Of a stretch of 64,000 bases of DNA, positions 1 through 11,398 are shown piece after piece; the first letter of the stretch is position 1; each line of letters opens with the position of its first letter. The translations under genes were made by a program, and so were the position numbers. Source of the DNA: Tetramitus jugosus (taxonomy: Eukaryota; Protista; Heterolobosea). The DNA lies in assembly GCA_937625935.1 (NCBI GenBank), contig OW569365.1, positions 124,001 to 188,000 on the forward strand, written 5' to 3'. The notes below the pieces were generated by a model. The model was given only the letters and a program-made list of their open reading frames with translations, did no database searches and was not told the DNA's origin.

Positions 1-1482
1 GTCCTTGTTTTCAACCAAAGAGTGGTGGAACGAGTCTGTATTCGACACCACCACGAAGAATTAGTTCAAAGTTTTCTCTGGGCAGAAGAAGCAGCGTAAG
101 TTTTGCAAGGCACAATGACAATATCGATGTGCTCTCACAAACTGTCTTGTTGCCAACTGATTCACCGTATGTTTCCTTTTATTTGACGTGATTTTTTTTG
201 TTTTGTTAGATGAACATATCTTACAATTTGTTTTAGATATCTTGAAGCATTGCCATCACCCGATGTGAAAAGACAATTGTTTACGGGAATTACGCCTGCA
301 AAGAGGTCTTTGGGCAGAGATGTATTAATGATGGCATCCCCCTGTACCAATCTGTCTGAAGACTTGATGCTGTTCTTGCAAGTGAAAGATGAAGAATTGC
401 ATGAGAATGACGAGAGTCCAAATGTTGCACCATCCAAGTCCAGAAGGTCATCTGTAAGTAAATTCTGTGCTCCATCTGATGCACAACAGCAAGAAATTGA
501 CCAAGAGGAAGAGGAAGAAGATGAGTCGTATCGACATGTACTGTTCCCTATTACTCCCATTATCAAGAACAAGAGGAAGAATGTAGACACGAGTGGTTAT
601 GATTCTGATGATGTGGTATTGAAGAGCCCAATGAGAACGATCAGAACACCATTGTCGTCCATGGTCAATGCTATACCTCAAACTGAAACTACGAATACTT
701 CAAGCACATTCTCAACTCTGGACCTCATGAGACAGAAGAAGAAGGCTGCACAACTGTTGAAGCAACAACAATCTGTTCAGGCTGTAAATGTGGAAGTCCA
801 AAAGATCTTGGACAAGGCAAGACAAACTACGGAGAATAAGAAGAAGGTGGTTGACGAGAGGAAACGGAAAAGAGAAGAAGAGATGAGTGCAACGCGCGAC
901 AACAAGAAACCTCGAGTCGGATTGCTTCCTGCGACCAAGTTGACCACAACTACGACCTCGAGGATCATGTCATCTGGATATGGTCGCTCATCCTCCACTG
1001 CTTCCATCACCTCTCAGTTAAGTGTTCCTTCACCAGCCAAGAACACACCATCCAAAATTCCAAGATTCAATCCATCGAACAATGTAAATAGATCCATGGT
1101 GAATGCAACAAGCAGAGTGATAGCAAGCACAAACAGCGCTATACGGAAAACGCCATCAAAAACAACAAGCAGGAATGGAGTTAGCACAACTCCTCGCAAA
1201 GTTGCAAGCAGCTCTCCTCGGCCGTTTAATCTGTCAGATGCTGAAGATATACATTCAATGAACTTGCCAACAGCACCAACAAGTATTGCCAGCAGATTTG
1301 GTTTCCGATCTAACCTGATGACAAACACATCATCCATTTCAGCTCTCACTGCTCAGAATAGGATTCAAGCAAGAGCGGGCTTGAAATCAATTGCTCAGGT
1401 GCCCTCAGGCCTACACAGCTCTAAAGTATTGAATGCAGCAAAGACAAGAAGGGACTCCCGTCTCTTTGCTCATCAAAACTGA
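1..1482 (+). CDS. Hypothetical low-complexity Ser/Thr/Arg/Lys-rich protein, 5' partial (starts upstream of window); probable intron 96..236
   Basis: Frame 1 is open from base 1 (VLVFNQRVVERVC...). GTAAG donor at 96 and TTTTAG acceptor at 236 join in frame to ORF 250..1482. Central coiled coil and a basic S/T/P-rich tail; no recognisable domain. Confidence 0.6.
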
Positions 1483-1602
1483 GCACACAGAGCATACCAA
1501 TAGAGATATCATAATAGAGAATCTCCTTTTTGTATCCTTTACATAGAATACGATATTATTTATTGATTTAGCATGCGTTTTCCGTTTACTTTTTTTGAAA
1601 TC

Positions 1603-2448
1603 CTAATCATCCAGTGACCGCGTAGCATTCGCAGCTGTCAACTTCAAATCTTGGTGAATATAATCGAGAATCAAGTCTGCGGCCATTGACACAAACGCAG
1701 GCATATCATTTCTCTCATCAGAATTAAACTTTTGAAGCACAAATGAGTGGAAATTTGGAGTAAATTGCTCTCTTGGTGCAATACCCATTCGCAATCGATG
1801 ATACTTGTCCGTTCCTAGTTTCTTCTCAATATCCTTCAATCCATTGTGACCACCATCACCTCCCTTGTACCTCAGCTTCATTGTTCCATACATGCAATGA
1901 ACATCATCCGCAATTACCAAAACACGATTATTCTTGTTCATTTGATTCGTTTTCATGCCATAAGTGTCCATGTACTGCCTCACTGGCTGACCACTCAAAT
2001 TCACAAAAGATTGTGGTCTCATTAAATGAATATCCACGTCAGGGAAGAACACCAACTTGTCCATCCTTTGTTTCAGCACATCTTCCTCAATTTCAATATC
2101 TTCCAAATTGGGAATCACAAACTCTTCTTGTTGTTCTCCCGACCCCGCCGTAGATGTCGATGAAAAATCTCCCGCCATTTCCTTCATTTTCATTGAATGT
2201 TCATGTTTGATCCGATTTAGTGTTCGTTGTCGTTCTCGTTCCAACACAGTAGCTCTCAGTGAATTATACTTGTTAAAGCTTACAATCTTGTGTCCCACTT
2301 CAGCATTGTACTTTTTCTGCATGATCATTGGAATTTGCAATTTCTCCGCCAGTTTATCCACGACCATGAAACCAATGTTGTGGCGGGTCATTTGATATTG
2401 AGTACCAGGGTTTCCCAGACCCACAATTAACAATTTTGTCGTCTTCAT
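1603..2448 (-). CDS. PTH1: Peptidyl-tRNA hydrolase (bacterial-type Pth/PTRH1 family) with a ~78-aa internal insertion
   Basis: LIVGLGNPG, TRHNIGF, FVNLSG, IADD, GGHNGLKDI and RLRMGI motifs; ATG at 2448. Confidence 0.92.
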   Translation of the reverse strand: MKTTKLLIVGLGNPGTQYQMTRHNIGFMVVDKLAEKLQIPMIMQKKYNAEVGHKIVSFNKYNSLRATVLERERQRTLNRIKHEHSMKMKEMAGDFSSTSTAGSGEQQEEFVIPNLEDIEIEEDVLKQRMDKLVFFPDVDIHLMRPQSFVNLSGQPVRQYMDTYGMKTNQMNKNNRVLVIADDVHCMYGTMKLRYKGGDGGHNGLKDIEKKLGTDKYHRLRMGIAPREQFTPNFHSFVLQKFNSDERNDMPAFVSMAADLILDYIHQDLKLTAANATRSLDD

Positions 2449-2632
2449 TATCTGGGCTGCTTCTGTGCTTTCAATGTTCGTGTGAAAAATGGTTTTTCTT
2501 TTTTTGAGCCGAAACCAACAGGAAAACACCGCCAAAGCCACGTCAATTCAATCAGATCAGTGAAGCAAAGAATTCCATTTCCGATTCAAGCAGAACAGAA
2601 AAACAAACCAAACAAGAAGAAGAAGAAGTAGA

Positions 2633-3470
2633 ATGGATTCTCTGTATATCACTGCCCTAGTTGTCATCCTAGTGACTTTGCTTCTCACTCTTGCACGTAT
2701 GTCATGTCACATTCCTCTTTCATCACATGAGTTGTTGTCTGTTGTTGACTGACACCAAAAAATTCATTGTAATTACTGTTGAAATGGGTATCTCTCTAGT
2801 CAAGAAGCGAATTTTTGGATCATCGAGTGCTGCTTCCTCCACCACATGTCTCATTCTCGGAAACTCCAACAGCGGAAAAACTGCATTATTTTACCGATTA
2901 TCCGAAGATAAAATGCGCGAAACGTTGACTTCAATGAAGGAAAATGAAGCTTCTGTTCAATTAACGATTGGAGAGAGTCAACAGAAGAAGAAGATTCAAT
3001 TGGTGGATATTCCGGGTCATGAACGTATCCGATCTCGTTATCAGCACTACTTGCCAGTGACTGCTTGCATCGTGTTCATGGTTGACTCGATCGATTTCTC
3101 CTCTCATATCCCTCAAGTCGGAGAATACTTGTTTGACTTGTTGACCAATGCACAAGTCGTCAAACGGAAGATTCCCATCCTTGTTGTGTGCAACAAGAGT
3201 GAATTGAGCATTCATCACATGAATTATGTGAAGAAGGAGTTGGCAGTTGAGTTGAACAAGATTAGAGCTACGAGAACATCTCAAATGTCCATGAGTCAAG
3301 ACACACAGGCTGAGAATGAATCAGTTGTGGATCTGGTGGAAGATGTGCAACGAGAGTTTGCATTTGATGAGAACACTTTGAGAACAAGTGTTGAATTTAT
3401 TGACTGCTCATTGACCAACAAGGACAATTTGGATCAATTGAAGCAATTCGTGTTTGATCACACTGCATAG
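2633..3470 (+). CDS. SRPRB: Signal recognition particle receptor beta subunit; exons 2633..2696 and 2800..3470
   Basis: Exon 1 encodes an N-terminal TM anchor (MDSLYITALVVILVTLLLTLA). The GTATGT...CTAG intron splices in frame. GTPase motifs GNSNSGKT, TLTSM, DIPGHERIR and CNKSE. Confidence 0.92.
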
Positions 3471-3747
3471 ACATTCTCTTGATAGCTATCAAGTATTGTA
3501 ACAACAAATGACCAGCCACATTACCTCATAAACAATAAAATGATGATTGGTTATCTATCAGACAAGACAAAATGCAAAAGCTGAAATATTTCATGTTCGG
3601 TCCCATGTACCAAAGTTTTCCGCCATGTTCGGCTGAGAGAGATCTCCGCTCTTCCACGAAGAAAGATCGACACCATCAACAAAAATCAACCTTTCAGAAA
3701 ACCACCAACAACAACAACCACAACAATAATATCAAATTTTTATCATC

Positions 3748-5914
3748 ATGTCATCCTCTTCTGCTAATGTTGAACCAAATCCTAATGAGCCAATCATTCA
3801 AAACTTAATTGATCAATTGTCTGATCAAATCAATGACAACAACAACAATAGCTCCAATGTCATTTCTATTTTGCAACAGTTGGGTGATCTTGCTAGAGAT
3901 GGTATGACTCACACACGTGTGTGCATTTATTTTCACACAAACATGTCAATCAATAATGTTTCATCTAACTAACCAACAATGATATAACAAACAATGCACA
4001 CAATATGACCAAACCAATAGAGACCAACAGGACCACAATGGGAAAGATGAACGGTTTGGTAGATACTTTGATCCGTGCTGCTACGTCAGCAACCACTGAT
4101 AAAATTCAAGTAGAAAACAAGGTGCTTCGTGTGTTTGCCAATCTGTCGTTTTATCACAAGGAGAATGCAGATTTCATTTGTAATGAATCAGAGAGAAATT
4201 TTAGTGCCATTAAGCTCTGTGTTGATCACATGAAACTTTACAGAGTCAATGGAGATGCCGCGCGACTGGCTAGTGCAACTTTGGCCAATTTGTGTCATAG
4301 TGAAAACACGATTAGAGAGCTCGCTGCTGTTCAGTATGGAGCAGTTGATTTGGCGTTTCAGGTGTTGTCCGAATTTTTGTCCAGTGATGAGGTGATTGCA
4401 TTGGATCACGACGAGTTTGATATCAGAGATGACGTTCTGAGAGCATTGGACAATTTGTTGGAGTCACGTACGTTTTTTTTTGTATTCTTTTTGTTTTGTT
4501 TGTCATTGGTTAGTTGCTTAACCTGTTTCTGTTAAATGTTCTCAATTGTTTTTGTGGATAATGATGTTTTATAGCTGTTGTGGTAAAGATGGTTGCTGAA
4601 ACGAACCTTGTGGCAATCTTGACAAATTATTTGAAGAGTAAGGTGGCACGAAGCACTGAATCGTACTTGGTTTTGGCCAAATTAATAACCAAGGTATTCG
4701 AAGCACTTGCTTCATCAGAGGCGTACCGGGCAGAGGCTATTCGATTGAACTTTATTGGGCACTTGAGATCTGTTTTGCAGTATGCAATGACTATTCGAGT
4801 TTCTGAGGAGGATGATGAAGAGACATTTGAGGAAGTGAACGAATTGATTGAACAGATTGTGACATCAGTGCTGGAATTGTTGAAGACAGAGGGAGACTTT
4901 GCACCTCAGTTGTTTGAAGGAGGTAATGATAATATGATTCAGCAGTTGATTCGATTGTTGGCTAGATCAGAGTGCTCAGAACTGATGTTGGGAACAGTGA
5001 TGACAACACTTGCTAGTATTGCTGAGAGAGATGAATTGCAGAGAGCGTTGTTGGACGAGGGTATCTTGGAACCTATTATTGCTATTTCCGATCGTGTAAC
5101 CAAACAAAAAGAAACTGTCAAGATACATCATTCTACCATGCTCAAATTCGCCATTAAGATCTTGAGTTTCCTCTCTTTGGATAACAACAACTTGACACTA
5201 TTGATTGAGAAGGGAGCTGGCAAAGTGTTCGTCGAGACATTGATTGGCCTATATGAAATACAGAAGACATATGGACCTGAAGACGTTAGCACGTTCCAAC
5301 AACTGAATGCTTTCATTATGAGAAACACGTGCATCGGTTTGGGTAATTTGGCCAGATCGGATGAGAACTGTTTGGCACTGGTGGAGATTGGTGCATCCAA
5401 GGTGCTGCTCGACTTTTTGCGCAATGGAACAGATATGAACCAAGTTGACATGCAATTGATTTGCAACGCAGCATTTGCCTTAACAAATCTAACTAGAGCC
5501 AACTCAGTAAAGGAGTTGCTTGTGGCCGAAGGAGCAATCGATGTCCTCAAAGAATTCATTAAGGAAGATGTGCCATTTGCAATGCAATTCTACGTGATTG
5601 ACGCACTCTCTGATTTGGCAAAGAACCATCCTCAGCACGCACAGTTGTTGCTCGATGGCATCGACACCAATACATCAATCGTCGATTCAGCTCTAGTGAC
5701 AATGAAGCAACTCAAGGATCAACCAAAGCTAATTTATGTGGTGCTCAAGTTGCTGCTCGCTGTAAGCGCTGAGAGTGACAACTTCCACTCAACGATCCAA
5801 CAAAAGGTTCAATCAGACAGCGAGGTCGTAACTCTTATTAATGAACTGAAGAGCAACGAGAACCCAAAGATTCAAGAGCAAGCCAACGCTGCCGTCCAAA
5901 AGTTTTCTCTCTAA
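3748..5914 (+). CDS. Armadillo-repeat protein, SmgGDS/RAP1GDS1 (darlin)-like GEF; exons 3748..3901, 4021..4467, 4575..5914
   Basis: Two GT-AG introns join three ORFs in frame. ARM repeats. Segments GLGNLARSDENCLALVEIG and ALTNLTRANSVKELLVAEG...MQF resemble SmgGDS repeats as recalled. Confidence 0.75.
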
Positions 5915-6099
5915 CAACGATTCCAATTGGTTCTTTGATCGCAGACATAAATGTCAAAATGTGTTATTTATTGATATTCAGCTTCTTCAGGAGAATTTCA
6001 ACCAATTACCAAAAAACTGCGCATTCGTCAGGAGAATTTCAACCCAAAGAAACAAAACCAACCTGGTCACACTCGATAAACAATCAGAACAACGACAAC

Positions 6100-7083
6100 A
6101 TGGAGGACGATTCTGTCACCCAAGTACCCCTGAGCCCAAATATCACTCAGCAAGAAATCATCGTACCTGCCAAAGATGACCAATTCCCTCTGAGAGCTAC
6201 TCTTTTCAAGCCAAAAGCTTCAAGTAAGGATGCTGCTGCCAACATCTTTTGTGTCATCTCATCTGCCACTGGTGTCAAGAGAAGTTTCTATTTCCCTTAT
6301 GCAACATTCTTGTGTGAACAGTATGGCTTCACTGTTATTTGCTTTGATTATCGTGGAATTGGTGACTCCAAGCCTTCTAAAACACCGGTCGATGTCAAAG
6401 CTGATATTGTCGATTGGTGTCGTCGTGATGTTGCCGGTGTATTCGAATGGGTATTCTCCAATTATCCGGAATACACAGTTGTCAATGTAGGTCACAGCGT
6501 AGGTGCACATGCGTTGGCAATCATGTACCCTGAGATCAATACCAAGATCGCTCGAGTTCTGACCATATCTGCAAACTTGCCCTATTTGAGAAATTTCAAG
6601 TGGAATTCCACTTATTTGCTCACGTTGTTTACCTTCTACTTGGCGCGACCATTGTTCATCGCATATTATGGATTCTTTCCTGCTGGAACACTGTTTGGTA
6701 TCATGGAGGATCTGCCTTCTGATATTGCAAAGCAATGGGCTTGGTGGATGAAGCATAAAGACTACTTTGTCACTTATGGCAAATCAAAGTTGTTGCATCC
6801 AGAGGGATTCCAGAGCTTAAAGGCGCCCATCCTAAGCTTGAGCTTTGATAATGATAACATTGCGACTGAAAAACAGTTTGATGACTTCCATCGTAGGTTC
6901 ATTAACAGTGATCAGATCTCTCGCCAGCACTACAAGGAATACAAGTGTGGCCACATGAACTTTTTCAGAAAGCCCAACATGGATAAGCCAAGCAATCACA
7001 TGAAACTGTGGGGCCAAACAGCTCAATTCCTGCTCAATGGCGCAATGCCAGCAGACAACCAACTACCTCCTTCCAAATTGTAA
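6100..7083 (+). CDS. Alpha/beta hydrolase of the bacterial-type 'predicted hydrolase' (COG4757-like) family, with C-terminal PTS1 (-SKL)
   Basis: ATGVKRSFY, FDYRGIGDS, nucleophile elbow GHSVG, FDNDNIA and GHMNFFR motifs; ends PSKL-stop; ATG at 6100. Confidence 0.82.
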   Translation: MEDDSVTQVPLSPNITQQEIIVPAKDDQFPLRATLFKPKASSKDAAANIFCVISSATGVKRSFYFPYATFLCEQYGFTVICFDYRGIGDSKPSKTPVDVKADIVDWCRRDVAGVFEWVFSNYPEYTVVNVGHSVGAHALAIMYPEINTKIARVLTISANLPYLRNFKWNSTYLLTLFTFYLARPLFIAYYGFFPAGTLFGIMEDLPSDIAKQWAWWMKHKDYFVTYGKSKLLHPEGFQSLKAPILSLSFDNDNIATEKQFDDFHRRFINSDQISRQHYKEYKCGHMNFFRKPNMDKPSNHMKLWGQTAQFLLNGAMPADNQLPPSKL

Positions 7084-7245
7084 TGCTATTATCCATCTGT
7101 AAAAATGTTCCTTGTCACTTAAGGTGGGACGTGGTCACCTTAAACTTCAATTCCAGTCAAAAATTGACCTTTTTGCTCACAACAAAACAAAACCAGAACC
7201 AAACAATCGAGATCACATTCAACAAACAAAAATCAAAGAGATCAT

Positions 7246-8661
7246 ATGAGACAATTGAACTACGAACAAACTTTTCAGTGTGATCTCGAAACCTTTTTCG
7301 AACAAATTGTTTTTTACCCCGAATTTCAACGACAATTGTTGATCAACCGAGGAGATTCCAACGTTCAAGTCAATCCCTGGTTTTACAAAAAAACCAACGA
7401 AAAACATTACAATGGCGAAAAGGAAGCAAAAGTGAGTCAAATCTATAATCGGGCAATGGACAATGAACCCAATGAGCCCATGACAAGAAAGATTTCATTT
7501 GAAACAAAAAACAAGGCTCCTTCATTGGTGAGCAGGACTTTACAATTGCCAAGTGAGATAAAGTGTGAATTGCAAGAAGAATTTGAATGGATATACAGTG
7601 ATGTTGATGGTGTTGAATCCGATGAAAATGAGAATAGCATGGCGATGAGTGATGAGAGCAATATTCGATTTGGTCTTCGTCGCTTTAAGCATGTATCCGA
7701 CCTTGTTTTTGTCAATATTTCAATGAAAGATTCTATTTTTGTTCGTTCTGAGTGGGATGTACATACGAGTTCAACAAAAGATGTCGTTGTGTGTAAGCTT
7801 CGTGTGAAATGTGAGTTTAAGACGAGTATTTGGGGAGTGACGGGTATTGTGGAAGGTTTTATGGAGTCAGATGCAAAGATATCGTTTGGCGATTGGCTTT
7901 CAGAAGCACAGAAACATTTAGAACGGTATCGTGCTGAACAGGCTGATGTACTTCAGAAGACGCAACTCACGAATCAGAAGGAATACGATTATTCAGATGA
8001 CGAAGATAATGAAGACGATGTGATTTCGATGGTTAGTTCTCCTACAACGATTAAGGCATCCCATTATCCCAGCAGTGTACTGTCTGTGATTACAAACGAT
8101 AGTGACGATGAGAGTTTCTATTCGATTCGAACGCAGAATCGTCCCTCGTCGGTGGTGAGTAATGATCGCTTGTCAAGTTCGAGTAAGAAGGTTTCTATCG
8201 TAGAGCCTGCGTCGGCTCTACTCGACAGAAGTGCTGCGCTTGCCAATCTGAAGCAAAGTGTGCACGAAGTACGTGCTCTGGTACAAAAAACAGAAGTACG
8301 ACTGGAGGGACTCGAGCAGGAATTCTCGAATCACGAATTAGATGTAATCATACGACTCTATATGCAACGTATAGAGCAGCTGTACCGCAAGCAAAACGAA
8401 CAGTTAGAGTTGTTGAACAGGACATCGCCACATCGAGGCCAAAGAATATCAGATGTGTCACACCGGCAACGAGGTTGTAGAAGCGCACTGTTTTGGTTCG
8501 GAATTGGTGCATTAGTTTCTAGCCTCTTCTCTGTCTTGATGTCGAACCGTTCTCGATCCATGACCTCCTGGCGGAGCAATCCATCCATTATTCGTGTGTA
8601 TCAAAGCACCGTTCGGTTCATTCAATGGATTCTTCGCCTACTGAAGCTCAATAGAGAATGA
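7246..8661 (+). CDS. VASt/StART-like lipid-transfer domain protein with coiled coil and C-terminal TM helix
   Basis: The N-terminal domain ends in VKCEFKTSIWGVTGIVEGFMES (VASt-like). It is followed by an acidic/Ser linker, a coiled coil and hydrophobic ALFWFGIGALVSSLFSVLM. Confidence 0.62.
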   Translation: MRQLNYEQTFQCDLETFFEQIVFYPEFQRQLLINRGDSNVQVNPWFYKKTNEKHYNGEKEAKVSQIYNRAMDNEPNEPMTRKISFETKNKAPSLVSRTLQLPSEIKCELQEEFEWIYSDVDGVESDENENSMAMSDESNIRFGLRRFKHVSDLVFVNISMKDSIFVRSEWDVHTSSTKDVVVCKLRVKCEFKTSIWGVTGIVEGFMESDAKISFGDWLSEAQKHLERYRAEQADVLQKTQLTNQKEYDYSDDEDNEDDVISMVSSPTTIKASHYPSSVLSVITNDSDDESFYSIRTQNRPSSVVSNDRLSSSSKKVSIVEPASALLDRSAALANLKQSVHEVRALVQKTEVRLEGLEQEFSNHELDVIIRLYMQRIEQLYRKQNEQLELLNRTSPHRGQRISDVSHRQRGCRSALFWFGIGALVSSLFSVLMSNRSRSMTSWRSNPSIIRVYQSTVRFIQWILRLLKLNRE

Positions 8662-8739
8662 GTAGAATTGATTCAGAAAACAAATAATCAGTCTCATTGT
8701 TGACTAATTGTAACTGCCTGACTTTCGGATGTTTATTTT

Positions 8740-9474
8740 TTATGTCTGTGTGGACTTTGAAATCTTGCTTCTGTTCAGCAAGTTCTTTGTCAATTCATCT
8801 ATCTGGGCTTTGTATTTCTCCCCAAGAGCCGTAATGGCGGCCTCATAGGTGGTGATGTCATCCAGTTTTTGATCGTTCATCTTTTCAACCAACAACTTGT
8901 TCTTTGTCTCTTGCGTCTCAGCATACTGTTTTTGATCAGCAACATGTTTAACAATGTTCAAGCCATTGTCTCGAGCGAGTTGGACATTCTTCTTTATACC
9001 CTCGAGTTTCTCGCGGAATTCATTGGAACCAAAATGATCTTGGCAAATGACAAAGGACATGAACCAAACTCCAATCGTGTTTTGGGAAGTGATTGCATCT
9101 ACCATCTCACTCAAATGACTGTCATCAGGATATGCATAAGATTCTGGAATTGATATTTTCTTCAACTTTTGGAGAATCCCTTGGTCTGTTACATAGTCAC
9201 TTGGCTTGTTCAAGAAATCCCGAACAATCTTGTCTTTTGCACTTTCACAAGCCAATAATGGAAGCAATGGTTTAATATATGGAACGATACGTGTATGGAC
9301 TTTGCAAAGTTCTGTCTTTGAGGGTTTCTTTGTCTTAAGTCCCTCCATTAGGGTGTTCATGTAAGTTTCTAATGCACCAAGAACATCTTTGGCGAATGGC
9401 GAAGTACCCTTGACGTAGTTTTCTGGTTTATGAAAAGTTTCATTTAATTCCTTGTTTGAATCCTCTTGCTGCAT
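8740..9474 (-). CDS. Hypothetical protein (244 aa), helical, C-terminal coiled coil
   Basis: Intact ATG-started ORF filling the space between neighbours; no recognisable motif. Confidence 0.65.
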   Translation of the reverse strand: MQQEDSNKELNETFHKPENYVKGTSPFAKDVLGALETYMNTLMEGLKTKKPSKTELCKVHTRIVPYIKPLLPLLACESAKDKIVRDFLNKPSDYVTDQGILQKLKKISIPESYAYPDDSHLSEMVDAITSQNTIGVWFMSFVICQDHFGSNEFREKLEGIKKNVQLARDNGLNIVKHVADQKQYAETQETKNKLLVEKMNDQKLDDITTYEAAITALGEKYKAQIDELTKNLLNRSKISKSTQT

Positions 9475-9589
9475 CTTAACTTGTTTTCTGGGCGTAAGTG
9501 ACTAAGGCGTTGTAGATTTTTAGCGGGTCGGCCAAAAACCCGATTTACTCCTCTCCGATCAACAAAATTTCTCCTCACACCACAAACAA

Positions 9590-11368
9590 ATGCACAACAA
9601 CAATCATCCACATGTGCATCACAACAACTACAACTCCACCACATCAGCAGTTCAAGCTGTCATGAACACTTCCATGTACGCCATTGTCACACCCAAAGAG
9701 ATTGAAAGCATTCAACAAGAATGTGACTCTTGTCTCCAGGTATTTTCCCGCCTCCGACTTTCCCGCGTCGTAAATCGATTATTGTCTCTCTTGGAAAAAT
9801 TGAACCAGAGAGAAGTACGATTAATGGAGATTCTCGATGCGTACAATCACACACTCAACGAGCCCATTTTTTCTCAATTTTATCAACAAACACAAGCTCT
9901 CCTTGTTGACTCGTTAGCTAACACTGTAACTAACCATGAACATGCCAAAATGTTGACAGAGGAGGAGAGAGAAGCCATTGCAAACTTGAAAGCTTGCATT
10001 TTGTTGCGTAGAGGTGCCGTGTATCATGCACTCGAAGACTATGACAATGAGTTGCGTGATGTGAGTGCAGTCATGGAGCTTGAAAAAAATTTTCCTGCCT
10101 TGAGAAAAATTTTTATGATGAGTGCATGGGAGAGAACAGCGCTCGTTGCTTCAGAGCTTTATCAGCACGATAAAGCTGTGGAAGCTTGGAATTTTTATTT
10201 GGCGCTAGAGTCGGAGTATCACGATGCGTATTACAATCGCGCGCTTTCTTGGTCGGCACTGGGTGAACAAAAGAGAGCGATTCAGGACAATATTAGGTGC
10301 ATTGAGTTGAATCCGCACAATGTAGAAGCGTATATTAATTGTGCTGCTTGTTATTTGGATATTGGAGAGCATAGTTTGGCATTGGAGTTTCTAGAGTTGG
10401 CTCTGGAGCAGAATTCGAGGCATCCAATGGCGTACATGTGCGAGTTTCGAGTTCATTTCAAGTTGCGTGACTATAAGCGAGCATTGAAGAGTTTGAGACG
10501 TGTGGAAAAGTTGATTTCCGATCCAGAGGACAAGTATCATGATCGAATGAAGGATGTTTGGGAAGAGTATGGTCACGTGTACCATCGATTAGCAAAGAAG
10601 CGACTTTGTTTGTGCAGCAAGTGTGCAAAGACAGAGGAAGATAAACAGAAGCGCAGGGAATTGTTTCGGAAGTATTGTGATAAATCGATTAACGCATTTA
10701 TTAAATCGAGGCATTATGCAAGGACGCGAAAGGTCACAATGACCAAGACAGATCATTTAATTGAAATGCTGAGAGAGCGAGCAAAGATATTCCATGCTGA
10801 AGAGTCGATGAACGAAGCGTTGGCCGATTGTGCGTTAATCATTAAGGTGAGCGAAGATAGTACACTCGATATTCACGAGGTGTATAATATGGTAGGACAA
10901 TTATATATTCAGAAGAGTATGCCAGATGCGTCGTTGTTGGCTTTTAGTAATGCTCTCAGACAGCACGAGTCTTGCGAGTTTGCACTGAAAGGAAAAGCAA
11001 TCGCATTGCACAAGCTAGGAAAGCTTGAAGAAGCATTTGAGTCGTTCAAAGTTTTTGATGCTACCTATCCAGACAACAGTGATGTTCAGTACTGGATTCA
11101 AGTACTCGAGCGGAATATAGAGAATAGGTGCGCTTTATGTGGAAAGGAAGCACGAGAAAACAATCCATTAAAACGGTGTGGCCGTTGCAAAATGGTTTAT
11201 TATTGCTCTGCAGAATGTCAAAGAAGCGATTGGACGAGTTGTCACAAGTCGAATTGTGACGCATCCATGCGGCTAGAACTTCATTCTACTGGAAAGGAAT
11301 CTCCCGTAGGGCAACATGATACCATATCGAGCCATCATCTGAGTACTGGAGACAATGAGAACGAGTAG
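9590..11368 (+). CDS. TPR-repeat protein with C-terminal MYND zinc finger
   Basis: TPR motifs (AYYNRALSW...[13 protein letters not shown]; AYINCAACY). MYND pattern CALC...[28 protein letters not shown]. Confidence 0.88.
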   Translation: MHNNNHPHVHHNNYNSTTSAVQAVMNTSMYAIVTPKEIESIQQECDSCLQVFSRLRLSRVVNRLLSLLEKLNQREVRLMEILDAYNHTLNEPIFSQFYQQTQALLVDSLANTVTNHEHAKMLTEEEREAIANLKACILLRRGAVYHALEDYDNELRDVSAVMELEKNFPALRKIFMMSAWERTALVASELYQHDKAVEAWNFYLALESEYHDAYYNRALSWSALGEQKRAIQDNIRCIELNPHNVEAYINCAACYLDIGEHSLALEFLELALEQNSRHPMAYMCEFRVHFKLRDYKRALKSLRRVEKLISDPEDKYHDRMKDVWEEYGHVYHRLAKKRLCLCSKCAKTEEDKQKRRELFRKYCDKSINAFIKSRHYARTRKVTMTKTDHLIEMLRERAKIFHAEESMNEALADCALIIKVSEDSTLDIHEVYNMVGQLYIQKSMPDASLLAFSNALRQHESCEFALKGKAIALHKLGKLEEAFESFKVFDATYPDNSDVQYWIQVLERNIENRCALCGKEARENNPLKRCGRCKMVYYCSAECQRSDWTSCHKSNCDASMRLELHSTGKESPVGQHDTISSHHLSTGDNENE

Positions 11369-11398
11369 TAAAATTTCTTCAACACAAAACTTCGAGCA

